Made by a program: the position numbers and the translations under genes. Under the pieces are notes generated by a model, which was not told the origin of the DNA, did no database searches, and worked only from the letters and a program-made list of their open reading frames with translations. DNA of 64,000 nt. Origin: Pseudorhodobacter sp. GTDB lineage: Bacteria > Pseudomonadota > Alphaproteobacteria > Rhodobacterales > Rhodobacteraceae. The DNA lies in NCBI GenBank assembly GCA_029254215.1, contig JAQWYA010000057.1, forward strand, positions 1,128 through 65,127, read 5' to 3'. Positions 44,861 to 55,081 of the stretch are shown one piece after another (the first letter of the stretch is position 1; each line of letters starts with the position of its first letter).

Positions 44861-46755
44861 GCGCTAACCGCAACCGCCGATTTCCGCCCTTTGCGGAGGC
44901 GAGCCAAAATCAGAACTAATGCGGCCGGTGTCATGCCCTCAATCCGGCTAGCCTGAGCTATTGTCGCCGGCTGAACCGCAACAAGTTTGCGACAAAGCTC
45001 ATTCGACAGGCCCGAAAGACCAAAATAGTCGAAATCGGCTGGGATGCGCAATTGTTCATCCTTTTTGAGCGCAGCAGCATCCGCCACTTGGCGATGCTCG
45101 TATTGCGCATAGAGAGAGTCACGCGCGATCTGCGTGACAATTTCAGCATCAAAGCGATCAATTCCGTCCACGCCCTGCAGAACCGCATCAAGATTCAGAT
45201 CTGGAAGCGCCATCAAGGTATAGGCGCTCCGCCGAACGCCGTCCTGACTTACTTTCACACCCATCCTCTCAACCTGAGTCGGTGTGAAGCAGGCGTTGGT
45301 CAACAAAGTTTTCGCAGCCGTCAGCTGCTCCATCTTTGCCACAAAAATATCTTGTCGTGCGGGACCAACACAACCGACCCCCATGCCGAAGGGGGTCATT
45401 CTCTGGTCCGCATTATCGGCCCGCAGGGTAAGCCGAAACTCTGCGCGAGATGTAAACATCCGATACGGCTCCGAAACGCCGCGCATGATCAGATCGTCAA
45501 TCATAACGCCCATATAGCTTGCAGACCTGCTGAAATGGACGGCCTCCCTTCCCGTAGCCCCTCTTGCCGCGTTGATCCCGGCTACCAAGCCCTGTGCGGC
45601 GGCCTCTTCATATCCCGTTGTCCCATTGATCTGACCCGCAAAAAACAAGCCGGCCACAGCCTTCACTTCCAGTGACGGACGAAGCCCCCTCGGATCAAAG
45701 AAATCATACTCAATCGCATAGCCTGGCTGAAGAATCTGCACACGCTCCAGACCTTTGATCGTGCGAACATAGGCCGTCTGCACTTCTTCCGGTAGCGAGG
45801 TCGATATCCCATTCGGGTAAACCGTGTGATCGTCGAGGCCCTCAGGCTCCAAAAAGATCTGATGCTCCGACTTATCCGCAAAACGAACAATCTTATCTTC
45901 GATTGACGGGCAATAGCGTGGGCCGACCCCCTCGATATGGCCACCATACATCGCCGACCGTGAGAGATTGGCGCGCACGATATCATGGGTTTCCGAATTC
46001 GTATGGGTGATGCCACAAGCGATCTGTCGCGCAAATGGCTTGTCATGCAAGAAGGAAAACAACACCGGGTCTTCATCTGCCGGCTGTTCCTCCAACACAG
46101 ACCAATCAATCGTACGACCATCCAGGCGCGGCGGCGTCCCAGTCTTCAGCCTGCCCTTCTGAAAGCCCAACCCATTCAAGCGATCCGCCAACCTAATCGA
46201 AGGGCCATCCCCCATCCGCCCACCGGACCGACGTTCATTCCCGATATGAATCACCCCGTTCAGAAACGTACCGGCAGTCAAAATCACAGCTCGCGACGTG
46301 ATCTCTGACCCATCAACCAACGTCACACCTGTGATTTGGCCAGCTTCGATCAACAAATCCGTCACTTCGCCTTCAATCACAGTCAAACCCGTTTGCTCCG
46401 AAAGCATCCGTTGAATCGTTTGACGATAAATCTTGCGATCTGCCTGCGCCCGCGGCCCTTGCACCGCGGGTCCTTTCCGACGATTCAAGAGACGGAACTG
46501 AATACCCGCATAATCCGTAGCTCGCCCCATAACGCCATCGAGTGCGTCAATCTCTCTAACCAGATGACCTTTCCCTAAACCCCCAATCGCTGGGTTGCAG
46601 GACATCACGCCAATTCCATCGCGGCGCAAAGTAATCAGCGCTGTTTCCGCGCCCATACGGGCCGCAGCGGCCGCAGCTTCACTCCCTGCATGGCCACCAC
46701 CAATCACAATCACATCAAAATGTTTCACGTGAAACGCCCCTATTTCCCGATACAA
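44857..46755 (-). CDS. mnmG: tRNA uridine-5-carboxymethylaminomethyl synthesis enzyme MnmG (GidA)
   Basis: [20 protein letters not shown] motif...[11 protein letters not shown]...C-terminal GidA-associated domain. An alternative GTG start at 46728 lies at the centre of a parS site. Confidence 0.95.
   Translation of the reverse strand: MYREIGAFHVKHFDVIVIGGGHAGSEAAAAAARMGAETALITLRRDGIGVMSCNPAIGGLGKGHLVREIDALDGVMGRATDYAGIQFRLLNRRKGPAVQGPRAQADRKIYRQTIQRMLSEQTGLTVIEGEVTDLLIEAGQITGVTLVDGSEITSRAVILTAGTFLNGVIHIGNERRSGGRMGDGPSIRLADRLNGLGFQKGRLKTGTPPRLDGRTIDWSVLEEQPADEDPVLFSFLHDKPFARQIACGITHTNSETHDIVRANLSRSAMYGGHIEGVGPRYCPSIEDKIVRFADKSEHQIFLEPEGLDDHTVYPNGISTSLPEEVQTAYVRTIKGLERVQILQPGYAIEYDFFDPRGLRPSLEVKAVAGLFFAGQINGTTGYEEAAAQGLVAGINAARGATGREAVHFSRSASYMGVMIDDLIMRGVSEPYRMFTSRAEFRLTLRADNADQRMTPFGMGVGCVGPARQDIFVAKMEQLTAAKTLLTNACFTPTQVERMGVKVSQDGVRRSAYTLMALPDLNLDAVLQGVDGIDRFDAEIVTQIARDSLYAQYEHRQVADAAALKKDEQLRIPADFDYFGLSGLSNELCRKLVAVQPATIAQASRIEGMTPAALVLILARLRKGRKSAVAVSA
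46721..46736. promoter_or_regulatory. parS centromere-like site (15/16 match)
   Basis: TGTTTCACGTGAAACG in the first codons of mnmG (peptide FHVKH), 4 nt below the mnmE stop codon at 46740. Confidence 0.8.
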
Positions 46756-48026
46756 AAGCTTGAAAATATCTCGCCCAGCAATGTTTCCACATCGACCCGG
46801 CCCATCAACACTTCCAAAGCCCGCGCCGCAGACCGCAAATCCACCGCCACAAGTTCCGCCATAGCCTCATCTTCCAATAGCGCGATTCGAGCCCGGCCTA
46901 AAGCCACCATCGCATCACCCAAAGCAACTCTGTGGCGTTCACGCGTCACTGTCCCGGCCGAGGCTGCCCTCTTGCCAAGCACAGATCCTATCCGGCCAAC
47001 AAGATCTGAAACTCCCTCACCTGTCATCCCGGACACACCCCCAACAAACGGGTCCCCCAAATCAGCCTTACCAAAAACCACAATATCCTCGGGCAATGGC
47101 TCAATCTCCGAAAGGCTATCCCCTTGAATTCTCAAGAAAACCCTAAGATCAGCCTGCTTTGCGCGACGCAAGGCCAAAGCCACCCCTAGAGCCTCAACCT
47201 GATCATTCGTTTCGCGCAAACCCGCCGTGTCAAGGATCGTCACGGCCAAACCGCCAAGATCCATCTTGACCTCAATCACATCTCGCGTCGTCCCCGCGAC
47301 TTCGGAGGTGATTGCAGCTTCGCGACCCGCCAGAGCATTCAGAAGCGTTGACTTGCCCGCATTCGGGACACCGATGATCGCAACTTCAAATCCCTCGCGG
47401 ATCCTCTCTGCTACACCAGACCCTTCAACTTCGCTGCCTATGCTCTCAAGCAATCCGTCAAGCAGGCTCAGAACTTCTGGCGTCACATCAACCGGCACAT
47501 CTTCATCCGCAAAGTCGATCGTCGCCTCCACCAAGGCCGCAGCCCGGATGATGTCACGCCGCCACGCCTCAACCTTGCGTCCAATCGCCCCCGACAAAAC
47601 CCGAAGCGCTTGAACCCTCTGCGCTTCCGTCTCCGCGTCGATCAAATCAGCCAGACCCTCAACCTGCGCCAGATCAAGGCACCCATTTTCCAATGCCCGC
47701 CGCGTGAATTCCCCCGCCTCTGCCAAACGCAAGCCCTGTTGCTGCGCCAAGACGCGCAGCACCTCGGCAATCACCGCCTGACTACCATGCAGATGAAACT
47801 CGACGGAATCTTCGCCGGTAAAGCTGGCCCCCTGATCGAAACGGATCACTAAGGCCTGATCAAGGTCACGCCCCTGCCAACGCAAGACGCGCAAGGCCGT
47901 TCGCCGCGCCTCAGGCAAGGACCCACACAGCGCAACCGCCGCTTCATGTGCCTGCGGACCCGACAGTCGAAGAACCGCCACGCCCGCCTTACCCCGCGCA
48001 GAGGCGAGGGCATAGATCGTATCCAT
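46740..48026 (-). CDS. mnmE: tRNA modification GTPase MnmE (TrmE)
   Basis: [23 protein letters not shown]; G domain [20 protein letters not shown]; C-terminal CIGK. Confidence 0.95.
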   Translation of the reverse strand: MDTIYALASARGKAGVAVLRLSGPQAHEAAVALCGSLPEARRTALRVLRWQGRDLDQALVIRFDQGASFTGEDSVEFHLHGSQAVIAEVLRVLAQQQGLRLAEAGEFTRRALENGCLDLAQVEGLADLIDAETEAQRVQALRVLSGAIGRKVEAWRRDIIRAAALVEATIDFADEDVPVDVTPEVLSLLDGLLESIGSEVEGSGVAERIREGFEVAIIGVPNAGKSTLLNALAGREAAITSEVAGTTRDVIEVKMDLGGLAVTILDTAGLRETNDQVEALGVALALRRAKQADLRVFLRIQGDSLSEIEPLPEDIVVFGKADLGDPFVGGVSGMTGEGVSDLVGRIGSVLGKRAASAGTVTRERHRVALGDAMVALGRARIALLEDEAMAELVAVDLRSAARALEVLMGRVDVETLLGEIFSSFCIGK

Positions 48027-48055
48027 CGCAACAAGCCCCCGCGTTAACGCTTCGC

Positions 48056-49381
48056 TCAGGTGTTCATGGAGTCAAAGAAATCCGAGTTTGACTTGGTTTG
48101 CTTCAGCTTCGAAATCAAGAATTCGATCGCATCCGTCGTTCCCATCGGGTTCAGAATCCGACGCAGAACGTAAGTCTTCTGCAAATCGGATTTCTCGACC
48201 AGCAAATCCTCTTTCCGCGTCCCGGATTTCAGGATGTCCATCGCCGGGAAGACCCGCTTATCCGCAACTTTCCGATCCAGCACGATTTCAGAGTTACCCG
48301 TGCCCTTGAACTCTTCAAAGATCACTTCGTCCATCCGGCTCCCGGTATCAATCAAAGCGGTTGCGATAATGGTCAGCGACCCGCCCTCTTCAATATTCCG
48401 CGCCGCACCAAAGAACCGCTTCGGGCGCTGCAACGCATTCGCATCGACGCCCCCCGTCAGAACCTTGCCCGAAGAGGGAACGACCGTGTTGAACGCCCGA
48501 CCAAGTCGGGTGATCGAGTCGAGCAAAATAACCACGTCGCGCTTATGCTCGACCAGCCGCTTGGCTTTCTCAATCACCATTTCCGCAACGGCTACATGCC
48601 GCGTCGCCGGTTCGTCAAAAGTGGAGGACACGACCTCCCCCTTAACCGAGCGCTGCATATCCGTGACTTCTTCCGGCCGTTCGTCGATCAGCAAAACAAT
48701 CAGATAGCATTCCGGATGATTGGTCGCGATGGAATGCGCGATATTCTGCAATAGCACCGTCTTACCCGTCCGCGGCGGCGCCACAATCAACCCGCGCTGG
48801 CCTTTCCCAATCGGGGCCACCAGATCAATGATCCGGGCCGAGCGATCCTTCACGGTCGGATCTTCAACTTCCATCTTCAGCCGCTCTTCCGGGTAAAGCG
48901 GCGTCAGGTTGTCAAAATGCACCTTGTGACGGGCGCGCTCCGGGTCATCAAAATTGATCCGGGTCACTTTTGTCATGCAAAAGTATTTCTCGGTCTCGCG
49001 CGGTGCGGCGATAACACCTTCAATCGTATCCCCTGTCCGCAACGAGAATTGGCGGATGGTTTCGGGAGAGACATAAATATCATCCGGCCCCGACAGATAG
49101 TTCGCCGAAGGGCTGCGCAGAAATCCGAACCCGTCCTGCAACACTTCCAACACGCCGTCGCCGCCGATTTCCCAGCCTTCTTCCGCATGTTCCTTCAAAA
49201 GCGAGAACATCATCTCGCCCTTGCGCATGGAGGGCGCGTTCTCGATCTCCCATTCCTCTGCCATGGCCAGCAGATCCGCCGGGGTCTTGGCCTTGAGATC
49301 CGCAAGGTTCAGGCGCTGGATCGTTTCATCCTCGCCCACCCCATCAGCGGCAGTTTCGGCTCCAAAAAAAGCATCGTTCAT
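48056..49381 (-). CDS. rho: transcription termination factor Rho
   Basis: [15 protein letters not shown]...GFGFLR...[17 protein letters not shown]...[11 protein letters not shown]...[12 protein letters not shown]. Confidence 0.96.
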   Translation of the reverse strand: MNDAFFGAETAADGVGEDETIQRLNLADLKAKTPADLLAMAEEWEIENAPSMRKGEMMFSLLKEHAEEGWEIGGDGVLEVLQDGFGFLRSPSANYLSGPDDIYVSPETIRQFSLRTGDTIEGVIAAPRETEKYFCMTKVTRINFDDPERARHKVHFDNLTPLYPEERLKMEVEDPTVKDRSARIIDLVAPIGKGQRGLIVAPPRTGKTVLLQNIAHSIATNHPECYLIVLLIDERPEEVTDMQRSVKGEVVSSTFDEPATRHVAVAEMVIEKAKRLVEHKRDVVILLDSITRLGRAFNTVVPSSGKVLTGGVDANALQRPKRFFGAARNIEEGGSLTIIATALIDTGSRMDEVIFEEFKGTGNSEIVLDRKVADKRVFPAMDILKSGTRKEDLLVEKSDLQKTYVLRRILNPMGTTDAIEFLISKLKQTKSNSDFFDSMNT

Positions 49382-49537
49382 GGCAAGATTTTCCTAGGCA
49401 CGGCACCCCTTTGACGGGCGGCGGCAACGCTAATGATCGGGAAACGCTCTGGGCCGGACGGCCCCGCTACCCGCCAGATACGCAGTTTGAACCGCGAAGT
49501 CAATTAGCAGGGGCAGAGACAGCGCAAACCCGCTGCC

Positions 49538-49984
49538 TTAGAATTTCACCACGACCGACAGGACGATCACCAGCATAAGCACGGTGGGCACTTCATTCAT
49601 CATGCGAAACTGACGACCCGTCAGCTTGTTCTGGCCCGCCGCAAAATCCTTTCGGCGCAATCCAAGCCACATGTGAAACCATGTCATCGCCAAAACAGAT
49701 CCGCCCTTCGCCCAAGGCCAAACCGCCGACCAGTCCACAATTCCCGGCGTCAGAACCAGCATAAGACCCGCAACCCAAGCCACAATCATCGCCGGGTTCA
49801 TGATGACCCGCAGAAGCTTCAGTTCCATCGTCTGAAACAACGGATCCGCGCCCTTTATCTGGCCCACCTTCTCCGCGTGATACACAAACAGTCGCGGCAG
49901 ATAGAACAAACCCGCCATCCACGAGATCACCGCCATGATATGCAGGGCTTTCACCCAAGGATAGATATCGGCCAAAAGTCCCAT
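49538..49984 (-). CDS. hemJ: protoporphyrinogen oxidase HemJ (UPF0093/CopD-like membrane protein)
   Basis: 148 aa, 4 TM. YPWVKALHIMAVISWMAGLFYLPRLFVYHAE is the HemJ signature region. Confidence 0.85.
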   Translation of the reverse strand: MGLLADIYPWVKALHIMAVISWMAGLFYLPRLFVYHAEKVGQIKGADPLFQTMELKLLRVIMNPAMIVAWVAGLMLVLTPGIVDWSAVWPWAKGGSVLAMTWFHMWLGLRRKDFAAGQNKLTGRQFRMMNEVPTVLMLVIVLSVVVKF

Positions 49985-50400
49985 CGCGCCCTCAAAACAC
50001 CAACACTTCTTCTCTTAAAGAATAAATATATAGAAAGAAATGAAGAGGTAGTAGGCTTCGTGGATAACAGGATAGCTCAATCCACCCCCAAAACTATCAA
50101 CAGGCCCAAGTTTGGGGACAAGCTGTTGATAAGCGCGGCTGACAGCCTCAAAAATCGGATTTTCACGTTCTTTATCAATCAGATAGCTAGAAATAGACGT
50201 GACAAAAATCCTTCCCCATCTGCACCCCTATTTGGTTATCCTGCCAGGCCGCAACGCACTGTCAACAAGGGGATAAACGCCACGTTTGCTTGACAAAAAC
50301 CCCCTCTTACCCCCACCAAGAGAAATCCGCCCTCTTTTCCTGCTCTTTCGCCTCCGGAACATACGCAGCTTTTCCACAGCCTCTCCCACAGGGTCTTTTC
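49985..50400. other. candidate chromosomal replication origin (oriC)
   Basis: Largest non-coding gap in the window. AT-rich tract at 50006-50048. DnaA-box-like 9-mers at 50059-50067, 50124-50132, 50094-50102, 50172-50180, 50236-50244 and 50269-50277. Flanking genes diverge from it. Three parS sites lie within 10 kb. Neighbourhood rho...hemJ | maf-aroE-coaE-dnaQ resembles the Caulobacter origin region. Confidence 0.7.
50059..50067 (-). promoter_or_regulatory. best DnaA-box-like 9-mer in the candidate origin
   Basis: Plus strand CGTGGATAA is the reverse complement of TTATCCACG, an 8/9 match to TTATCCACA. Confidence 0.55.
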
Positions 50401-51000
50401 ATGCCTCCCCCCATCATTCTGGCCTCCACCTCAGAAACCCGCCTGCGGCTCTTGCGCGCCGCCGGTTTGCCCGTCTCGGCTCAGGCCTCGCGCATAGATG
50501 AGGCGTCAATCCGCATCGCGCTGGAGGCCGAAGGTGCTCCGCCGCGCGATGTCGCGGATATGTTGGCCGAGATGAAGGCCCGCAAGATCGCTGATAAGAC
50601 CCCCGGCGCCGTGGTTCTGGGCTGCGATCAAGTGCTCGACTTCGAGGGCAAAAGCTGGGGCAAGCCCGACACGATCGAAGCTGCCCGCGCGCAGCTTCGA
50701 CAAATGCGCGGGCAAACGCACCAGCTTCTGTCTGCAATCGTGCTGTATCACGAGGCAAAACCCCAATGGCGCCATATCAGCAAGGCGACCCTGACGATGC
50801 GCGACTTCTCGGATGCCTGGCTTGATGGCTACCTGAACCGCAATTGGGAACAGATCCGACATTCCGCCGGAAGCTATCATCTGGAAGAGGAAGGCGTGCG
50901 CCTGTTCTCGGCAGTAGAGGGCGATTACTTCACCATTCTGGGGCTTCCTCTGCTGCCTTTGCTTGGCTATCTGGGGCAAAGAGGATTCATTTCGACATGA
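50401..51000 (+). CDS. maf: Maf family nucleotide pyrophosphatase
   Basis: [18 protein letters not shown]...GCDQVL...[11 protein letters not shown]. Start at ATG 50401. The longer track ORF would read through the AT-rich gap. Confidence 0.88.
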   Translation: MPPPIILASTSETRLRLLRAAGLPVSAQASRIDEASIRIALEAEGAPPRDVADMLAEMKARKIADKTPGAVVLGCDQVLDFEGKSWGKPDTIEAARAQLRQMRGQTHQLLSAIVLYHEAKPQWRHISKATLTMRDFSDAWLDGYLNRNWEQIRHSAGSYHLEEEGVRLFSAVEGDYFTILGLPLLPLLGYLGQRGFIST

Positions 51001-51836
51001 CAGATCACCCCCGTATTCCCCTCGCCGGCGTCATCGGCTCGCCCATAGCCCATAGCAGATCGCCTTTGCTGCATGGCTATTGGCTCAAACGGTACGGCAT
51101 CAAAGGGCATTACATCCCGATGGATATTGCCCAGACCGATCTGAAAGCCGCGCTGGAGATGCTGCCCCGCCTCGGATTTGTCGGCTTGAACGTCACGATC
51201 CCGCATAAAGAGACCATGCTGTCGATTGCCGATGTCGTGACAGACCGTGCGGCCTTGATCGGGGCGGCGAATACGCTGATCTTCCGGCCCGATGGCAAGG
51301 TTCATGCCGATAACACGGATGGCTCAGGCTTTATCGCCAATCTGCGGCAGAACGCGCCTCAATGGGATCCGCAGGCCGGGCCCGCGATGGTTTTTGGCGC
51401 AGGTGGTGCCGCCCGCGCGGTGATTGCCGCCTTGATAGAGGTCGGCGTTCCTGAAATCCGTCTGACCAACCGCACGCGGGCGCGGGCAGAGGGTCTTCGC
51501 CGGGATTTCGGTGCCAAGGTCGTTGTGGTGGATTGGGTTCAGGCCCCCCATACCCTCGATGAGGCGATGACAGTCGTGAACACCACAGCCCTCGGAATGG
51601 AGGGAAAGGCGGAATTCCGGCTGTCTTTGGAAAACCTCAACCCCAAAGCGCTGGTCAATGATCTGGTCTATACACCCCTGCGCACCCAGTTTCTGGAACT
51701 GGCGGAGGCGGCGGGCTGCACGGTTGTCGATGGTCTGGGCATGTTGCTGCATCAGGCGGCCCCCGGTTTTGAGCGCTGGTTTGGCCATCGCCCCGAAGTG
51801 GATGAGGCGACCCGAGCAGCGGTCATTGCGGGATGA
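50997..51836 (+). CDS. aroE: shikimate dehydrogenase
   Basis: [17 protein letters not shown]...LNVTIPHKE...GAANTL...DNTDGSGF...[13 protein letters not shown] overlap with maf. Confidence 0.9.
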   Translation: MTDHPRIPLAGVIGSPIAHSRSPLLHGYWLKRYGIKGHYIPMDIAQTDLKAALEMLPRLGFVGLNVTIPHKETMLSIADVVTDRAALIGAANTLIFRPDGKVHADNTDGSGFIANLRQNAPQWDPQAGPAMVFGAGGAARAVIAALIEVGVPEIRLTNRTRARAEGLRRDFGAKVVVVDWVQAPHTLDEAMTVVNTTALGMEGKAEFRLSLENLNPKALVNDLVYTPLRTQFLELAEAAGCTVVDGLGMLLHQAAPGFERWFGHRPEVDEATRAAVIAG

Positions 51837-52426
51837 GCCGCTTTAAACTTGGGCTGACAGGCTCCATCGGGATGGGAAAGTCAACGACTGCGGGGTTTTT
51901 CGCCAAGGCGGGCATAGCCGTTTGGGATGCCGATGCTGCTGTTCACAGGCTTTATGCCGCGGGCGGTGCCGGGGCAGAGGCGATCGGGCGTGACTGGCCG
52001 CAAGCGCTGGTCGCGGGGGGCGTGGATCGCGTTGCGCTCAAACAGATCATCGCCGCTGATCCAACCGCCCTGCCCCGCATCGAAGCCCTGGTGCACCCTT
52101 TGGTGGCTGCCGACCGCGAGGCGTTCCTGACCAGCGCCCAAAGCGATATTGTTGTTCTCGACATTCCGCTTCTGTTTGAAAAAGGCACTGAAAAAGACAT
52201 GGATGCCACGCTTCTGGTAACCGCCCCGCCCGAGGTTCAGCGCGCCCGCGTTCTGGCTCGTCCCGGAATAACAACCGCCCAGTTTGAAGCGATCCTTGCC
52301 CGGCAAATGCCCGACCGCGAAAAACGCGCCCGCGCCACACATATCATTGAGACTCTCTCGCTCGCCTCCGTTTCGGCCTGCGTGACAGCCCTGATCGACC
52401 ATATCCGAGGCCAAGCCGATGCGTGA
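51833..52426 (+). CDS. coaE: dephospho-CoA kinase
   Basis: [14 protein letters not shown]-loop...[12 protein letters not shown] overlap with aroE. Confidence 0.9.
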   Translation: MSRFKLGLTGSIGMGKSTTAGFFAKAGIAVWDADAAVHRLYAAGGAGAEAIGRDWPQALVAGGVDRVALKQIIAADPTALPRIEALVHPLVAADREAFLTSAQSDIVVLDIPLLFEKGTEKDMDATLLVTAPPEVQRARVLARPGITTAQFEAILARQMPDREKRARATHIIETLSLASVSACVTALIDHIRGQADA

Positions 52427-53114
52427 AATCGTTCTGGACACCGAAACCACGGGGTTTGAGCCGACCGAAGGCGACCGGATCGTCGAGATCGGGGCAGTCG
52501 AACTTCTTAACCACATGCCGACCGGCCGCACCTATCATCAATATATCAATCCGCAACGGGCCATGCCCGCCGCCGCCTTCGAGGTTCACGGGCTTGGCGA
52601 CGAGTTTTTGCGCGACAAACCCATTTTCCGCGACATCGCGCAGGAGTTTCTGGATTTCATCGGTCAGGACAAGCTGGTCATTCACAATGCCAGCTTCGAC
52701 ATGAAGTTCCTCAACCATGAACTCGCGGCAGTCGGCCTTCCGAAACTGCCGGACAGTCAGGCGCTGGACACGTTGATGATCGCGCGGCGCAAGTTTCCGG
52801 GCTCTCCGGCCTCACTGGATGCGCTGTGTCGCCGCTTCGGGGTGGATAACTCGGGCCGTGAAAAGCATGGCGCTTTGCTGGATAGTGAAATTCTGGCCGA
52901 AGTTTATCTGGAACTGATCGGCGGTCGCCAGCCGGATCTGGTGCTGACACCGGAGCGGCGAGAAGCAAAGGCCGGCGAAACCTCTGGCGATTGGCGACCC
53001 TTTGCACGCCCCGCCCCACTTCCCTCTCGTCTCACCGAGGAAGAGGAAAGCGCGCATCAGGCATTTGTGGAGGGGATGGGCGACGCGGCCATCTGGCTCA
53101 AACGCAAGGTTTGA
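52419..53114 (+). CDS. dnaQ: DNA polymerase III subunit epsilon (proofreading exonuclease)
   Basis: Exo [10 protein letters not shown], Exo [14 protein letters not shown], Exo [17 protein letters not shown]. Confidence 0.92.
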   Translation: MREIVLDTETTGFEPTEGDRIVEIGAVELLNHMPTGRTYHQYINPQRAMPAAAFEVHGLGDEFLRDKPIFRDIAQEFLDFIGQDKLVIHNASFDMKFLNHELAAVGLPKLPDSQALDTLMIARRKFPGSPASLDALCRRFGVDNSGREKHGALLDSEILAEVYLELIGGRQPDLVLTPERREAKAGETSGDWRPFARPAPLPSRLTEEEESAHQAFVEGMGDAAIWLKRKV

Positions 53115-53163
53115 CGCGCGGCAGCCCTAAGGGAAGGCGGCCCAAAGAAACCCGGCCAGAAAA

Positions 53164-53184
53164 AACCGGGCCATAAGCCCGGTT
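53164..53184. terminator. hairpin between convergent dnaQ and secB (secB terminator candidate)
   Basis: AACCGGGC-CATAA-GCCCGGTT. The minus strand continues TTTTTCTGG and the plus strand CTTTCG. Confidence 0.65.
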
Positions 53185-53207
53185 CTTTCGACATAGATCG
53201 TTTTAAA

Positions 53208-53702
53208 TCAAGCGGTTGCTTGCTCGACCTTCTGGGCTTCCATCCGGCGGGCAAGCTCTGCGCGGTAAAGCGCGAGGAAATCGACCGTGTCGATGTTCAG
53301 GGGCGGGAAGCCACCATCGCGTGTGACATCCGAAATGATCCGGCGCACAAAGGGGAACAGCATCCGCGGGCATTCGATCAACAGGAACGGGTGCAGCTGG
53401 TCTTCCGGCACGCCCTCAACATGGAAAATGCCGCCGTAATCCAGCTCTACCAGAAACAGCGTCTCATCCGTTTCCTTGTTCTTCGAGGTCACGCGGAACT
53501 TCGTGATCACCTCATACTGGTTCTCAACACTGCGCTTGCGGGCGTCGAGGCTGACAGCAACCTGTGTGTCAGGCTGCACGTTTGAGCTGTTCAAACCACG
53601 CTGTGCGGCCCCGTTTTCAAACGACATATCCCGAATGAACTGCCCCAGAACCTGCATCTTGACGGGCTCGGCTGCGGGTGCAGCGCCATTACCTTCTGCC
53701 AT
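53208..53702 (-). CDS. secB: protein-export chaperone SecB
   Basis: 164 aa. VLGQFIRDMSFEN...LVELDYGGIF...IECPRMLFPFVRRII. Confidence 0.92.
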   Translation of the reverse strand: MAEGNGAAPAAEPVKMQVLGQFIRDMSFENGAAQRGLNSSNVQPDTQVAVSLDARKRSVENQYEVITKFRVTSKNKETDETLFLVELDYGGIFHVEGVPEDQLHPFLLIECPRMLFPFVRRIISDVTRDGGFPPLNIDTVDFLALYRAELARRMEAQKVEQATA

Positions 53703-53759
53703 GTTTTGTCTCCCATTGGATTTCGTTGGCAGCGCTTCTAACAGGTCGGGACGTCAGCC

Positions 53760-54251
53760 TCAATGCTCTGTCCAGCCAGAGGGTTTTTTGCCGATCCGGT
53801 CGCCCGCGATGGGATGCGGCGGGGTGACATCCTCAAACTCCGCGTCCACCACATCGGCCCGCCCCGTGCGGTGCCCGGACTGCGCATGCGCCGAAAAACC
53901 GCTGACCTTGACGCGCGCACCCACGAAGCGGATCACCGCCAGCCGAACCGCCGGGATCAGCAGCAAGAACCCGACCGCATCCGTGAAAAAGCCCGGTGTC
54001 AGCAGCAAAGTCCCCGCAAAAAGGATCATCGCCCCATGCGCAAGCGGCGACAGCGGGTCCCGCATATCCCGCAAAGAGCCGCGCAGCTCATTCAGCACCT
54101 TCAGCCCCTGCAGGCGGACAAGATAGGTGCCAAGCAAACCCGTCAGAAAAACGATGGCAAGCGTTGGCCAAAGCGTCAGCCAGCCCCCAACCTTGATAAA
54201 CAGACCGATTTCGATCAGCGGCACGGCGATAAAGGCCAAAAGCAGCCACAT
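53760..54251 (-). CDS. fxsA: FxsA family membrane protein
   Basis: MWLLLAFIAVPLIEIGLFIKVGG...GLLLIPAVR. Start at ATG 54251. Confidence 0.8.
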   Translation of the reverse strand: MWLLLAFIAVPLIEIGLFIKVGGWLTLWPTLAIVFLTGLLGTYLVRLQGLKVLNELRGSLRDMRDPLSPLAHGAMILFAGTLLLTPGFFTDAVGFLLLIPAVRLAVIRFVGARVKVSGFSAHAQSGHRTGRADVVDAEFEDVTPPHPIAGDRIGKKPSGWTEH

Positions 54252-54421
54252 GCGTGTTTTTCCTTCCTGGCCGACCCGTTGATTCAACGGCTGCGGCGCT
54301 TCTTTCCGGTGGCGATGGTAGACTTGGGGCTACCCCTACCCTACATAAGACCAAAGTGGCACGACACCAACACCCCGGCAGGCATTCTAAGCCCTGCGAC
54401 AGGGGCAAATCGAGGGTTGAA

Positions 54422-55081
54422 ATGAATTCGTCATTGATCCAACTTCTTGTTCTCGCAGGGATCGCGATTTTCCTGATCCTGAAGCTGAAAAGCGTGCTGG
54501 GAACGCGCGACGGCTTTGAAAAGCCAAGCCTCCCGCCGAAGGACGAACCGATCCGCGCCCGCAAAGGGTTTGAGGTGATCGAGGGTGGCCCAGATCGCGA
54601 TATTGCCGATCATACGACCGAAGGCAGCCCTGCGGCCAAAGCGCTGACCGCGATGAAAGCGGCAGAGCCAAGCTTCAACGTTTCGGAGTTTCTGGGCGGC
54701 GCGCGCGGTGCTTATGAGATGATCGTGATGGCGTTTGAAAGCGGTGATTTGGCATCGGTCAAAGCGTTTCTGGCCCCCGATGTCTATGAAACCTTTGAGG
54801 AGGCCGTCCGCGCCCGCGAAGATCAGGGCCTGACCGTAGAGGCAAAATTCATCGGCATTCGTGAACTGACGCTGCATGACGCAAGCTTCGATCCGACCAC
54901 CCGCGAGGGCGAAGTCGCGGTCCGCTTCGTTGGCGAGCTGACCTCGGTTGTGCGCGACAAGATGGGCGAAATCGTGGAAGGCGGCACGTCGCAGATCAAG
55001 CGTCAGCGCGATGTCTGGACCTTTGCGCGGCAGATGGGGTCCAATGATCCGAACTGGCTGCTTGTTGCCACTGGGGACTGA
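54422..55081 (+). CDS. Tim44-like domain protein (N-terminal TM anchor)
   Basis: MNSSLIQLLVLAGIAIFLILKL TM, then FLGGARGAYEMIVMAFESGD...DVWTFAR...DPNWLLVAT, typical of the alphaproteobacterial Tim44 homologue. Confidence 0.8.
   Translation: MNSSLIQLLVLAGIAIFLILKLKSVLGTRDGFEKPSLPPKDEPIRARKGFEVIEGGPDRDIADHTTEGSPAAKALTAMKAAEPSFNVSEFLGGARGAYEMIVMAFESGDLASVKAFLAPDVYETFEEAVRAREDQGLTVEAKFIGIRELTLHDASFDPTTREGEVAVRFVGELTSVVRDKMGEIVEGGTSQIKRQRDVWTFARQMGSNDPNWLLVATGD

Noticed and set aside
50290-50400. N-terminal extension of Maf reading through the candidate origin; also ORFs 49673-50293 and 50286-50501
   Set aside because: Maf homology starts at [12 protein letters not shown] (50401). The extension and the other ORFs are low-complexity readings of the AT-rich non-coding gap.
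49985-50400. CtrA boxes (TTAA-N7-TTAAC) and CcrM GANTC sites in the candidate origin
   Set aside because: I could not find either by eye, so I make no claim of Caulobacter-style cell-cycle control. This does not argue against the origin call itself.
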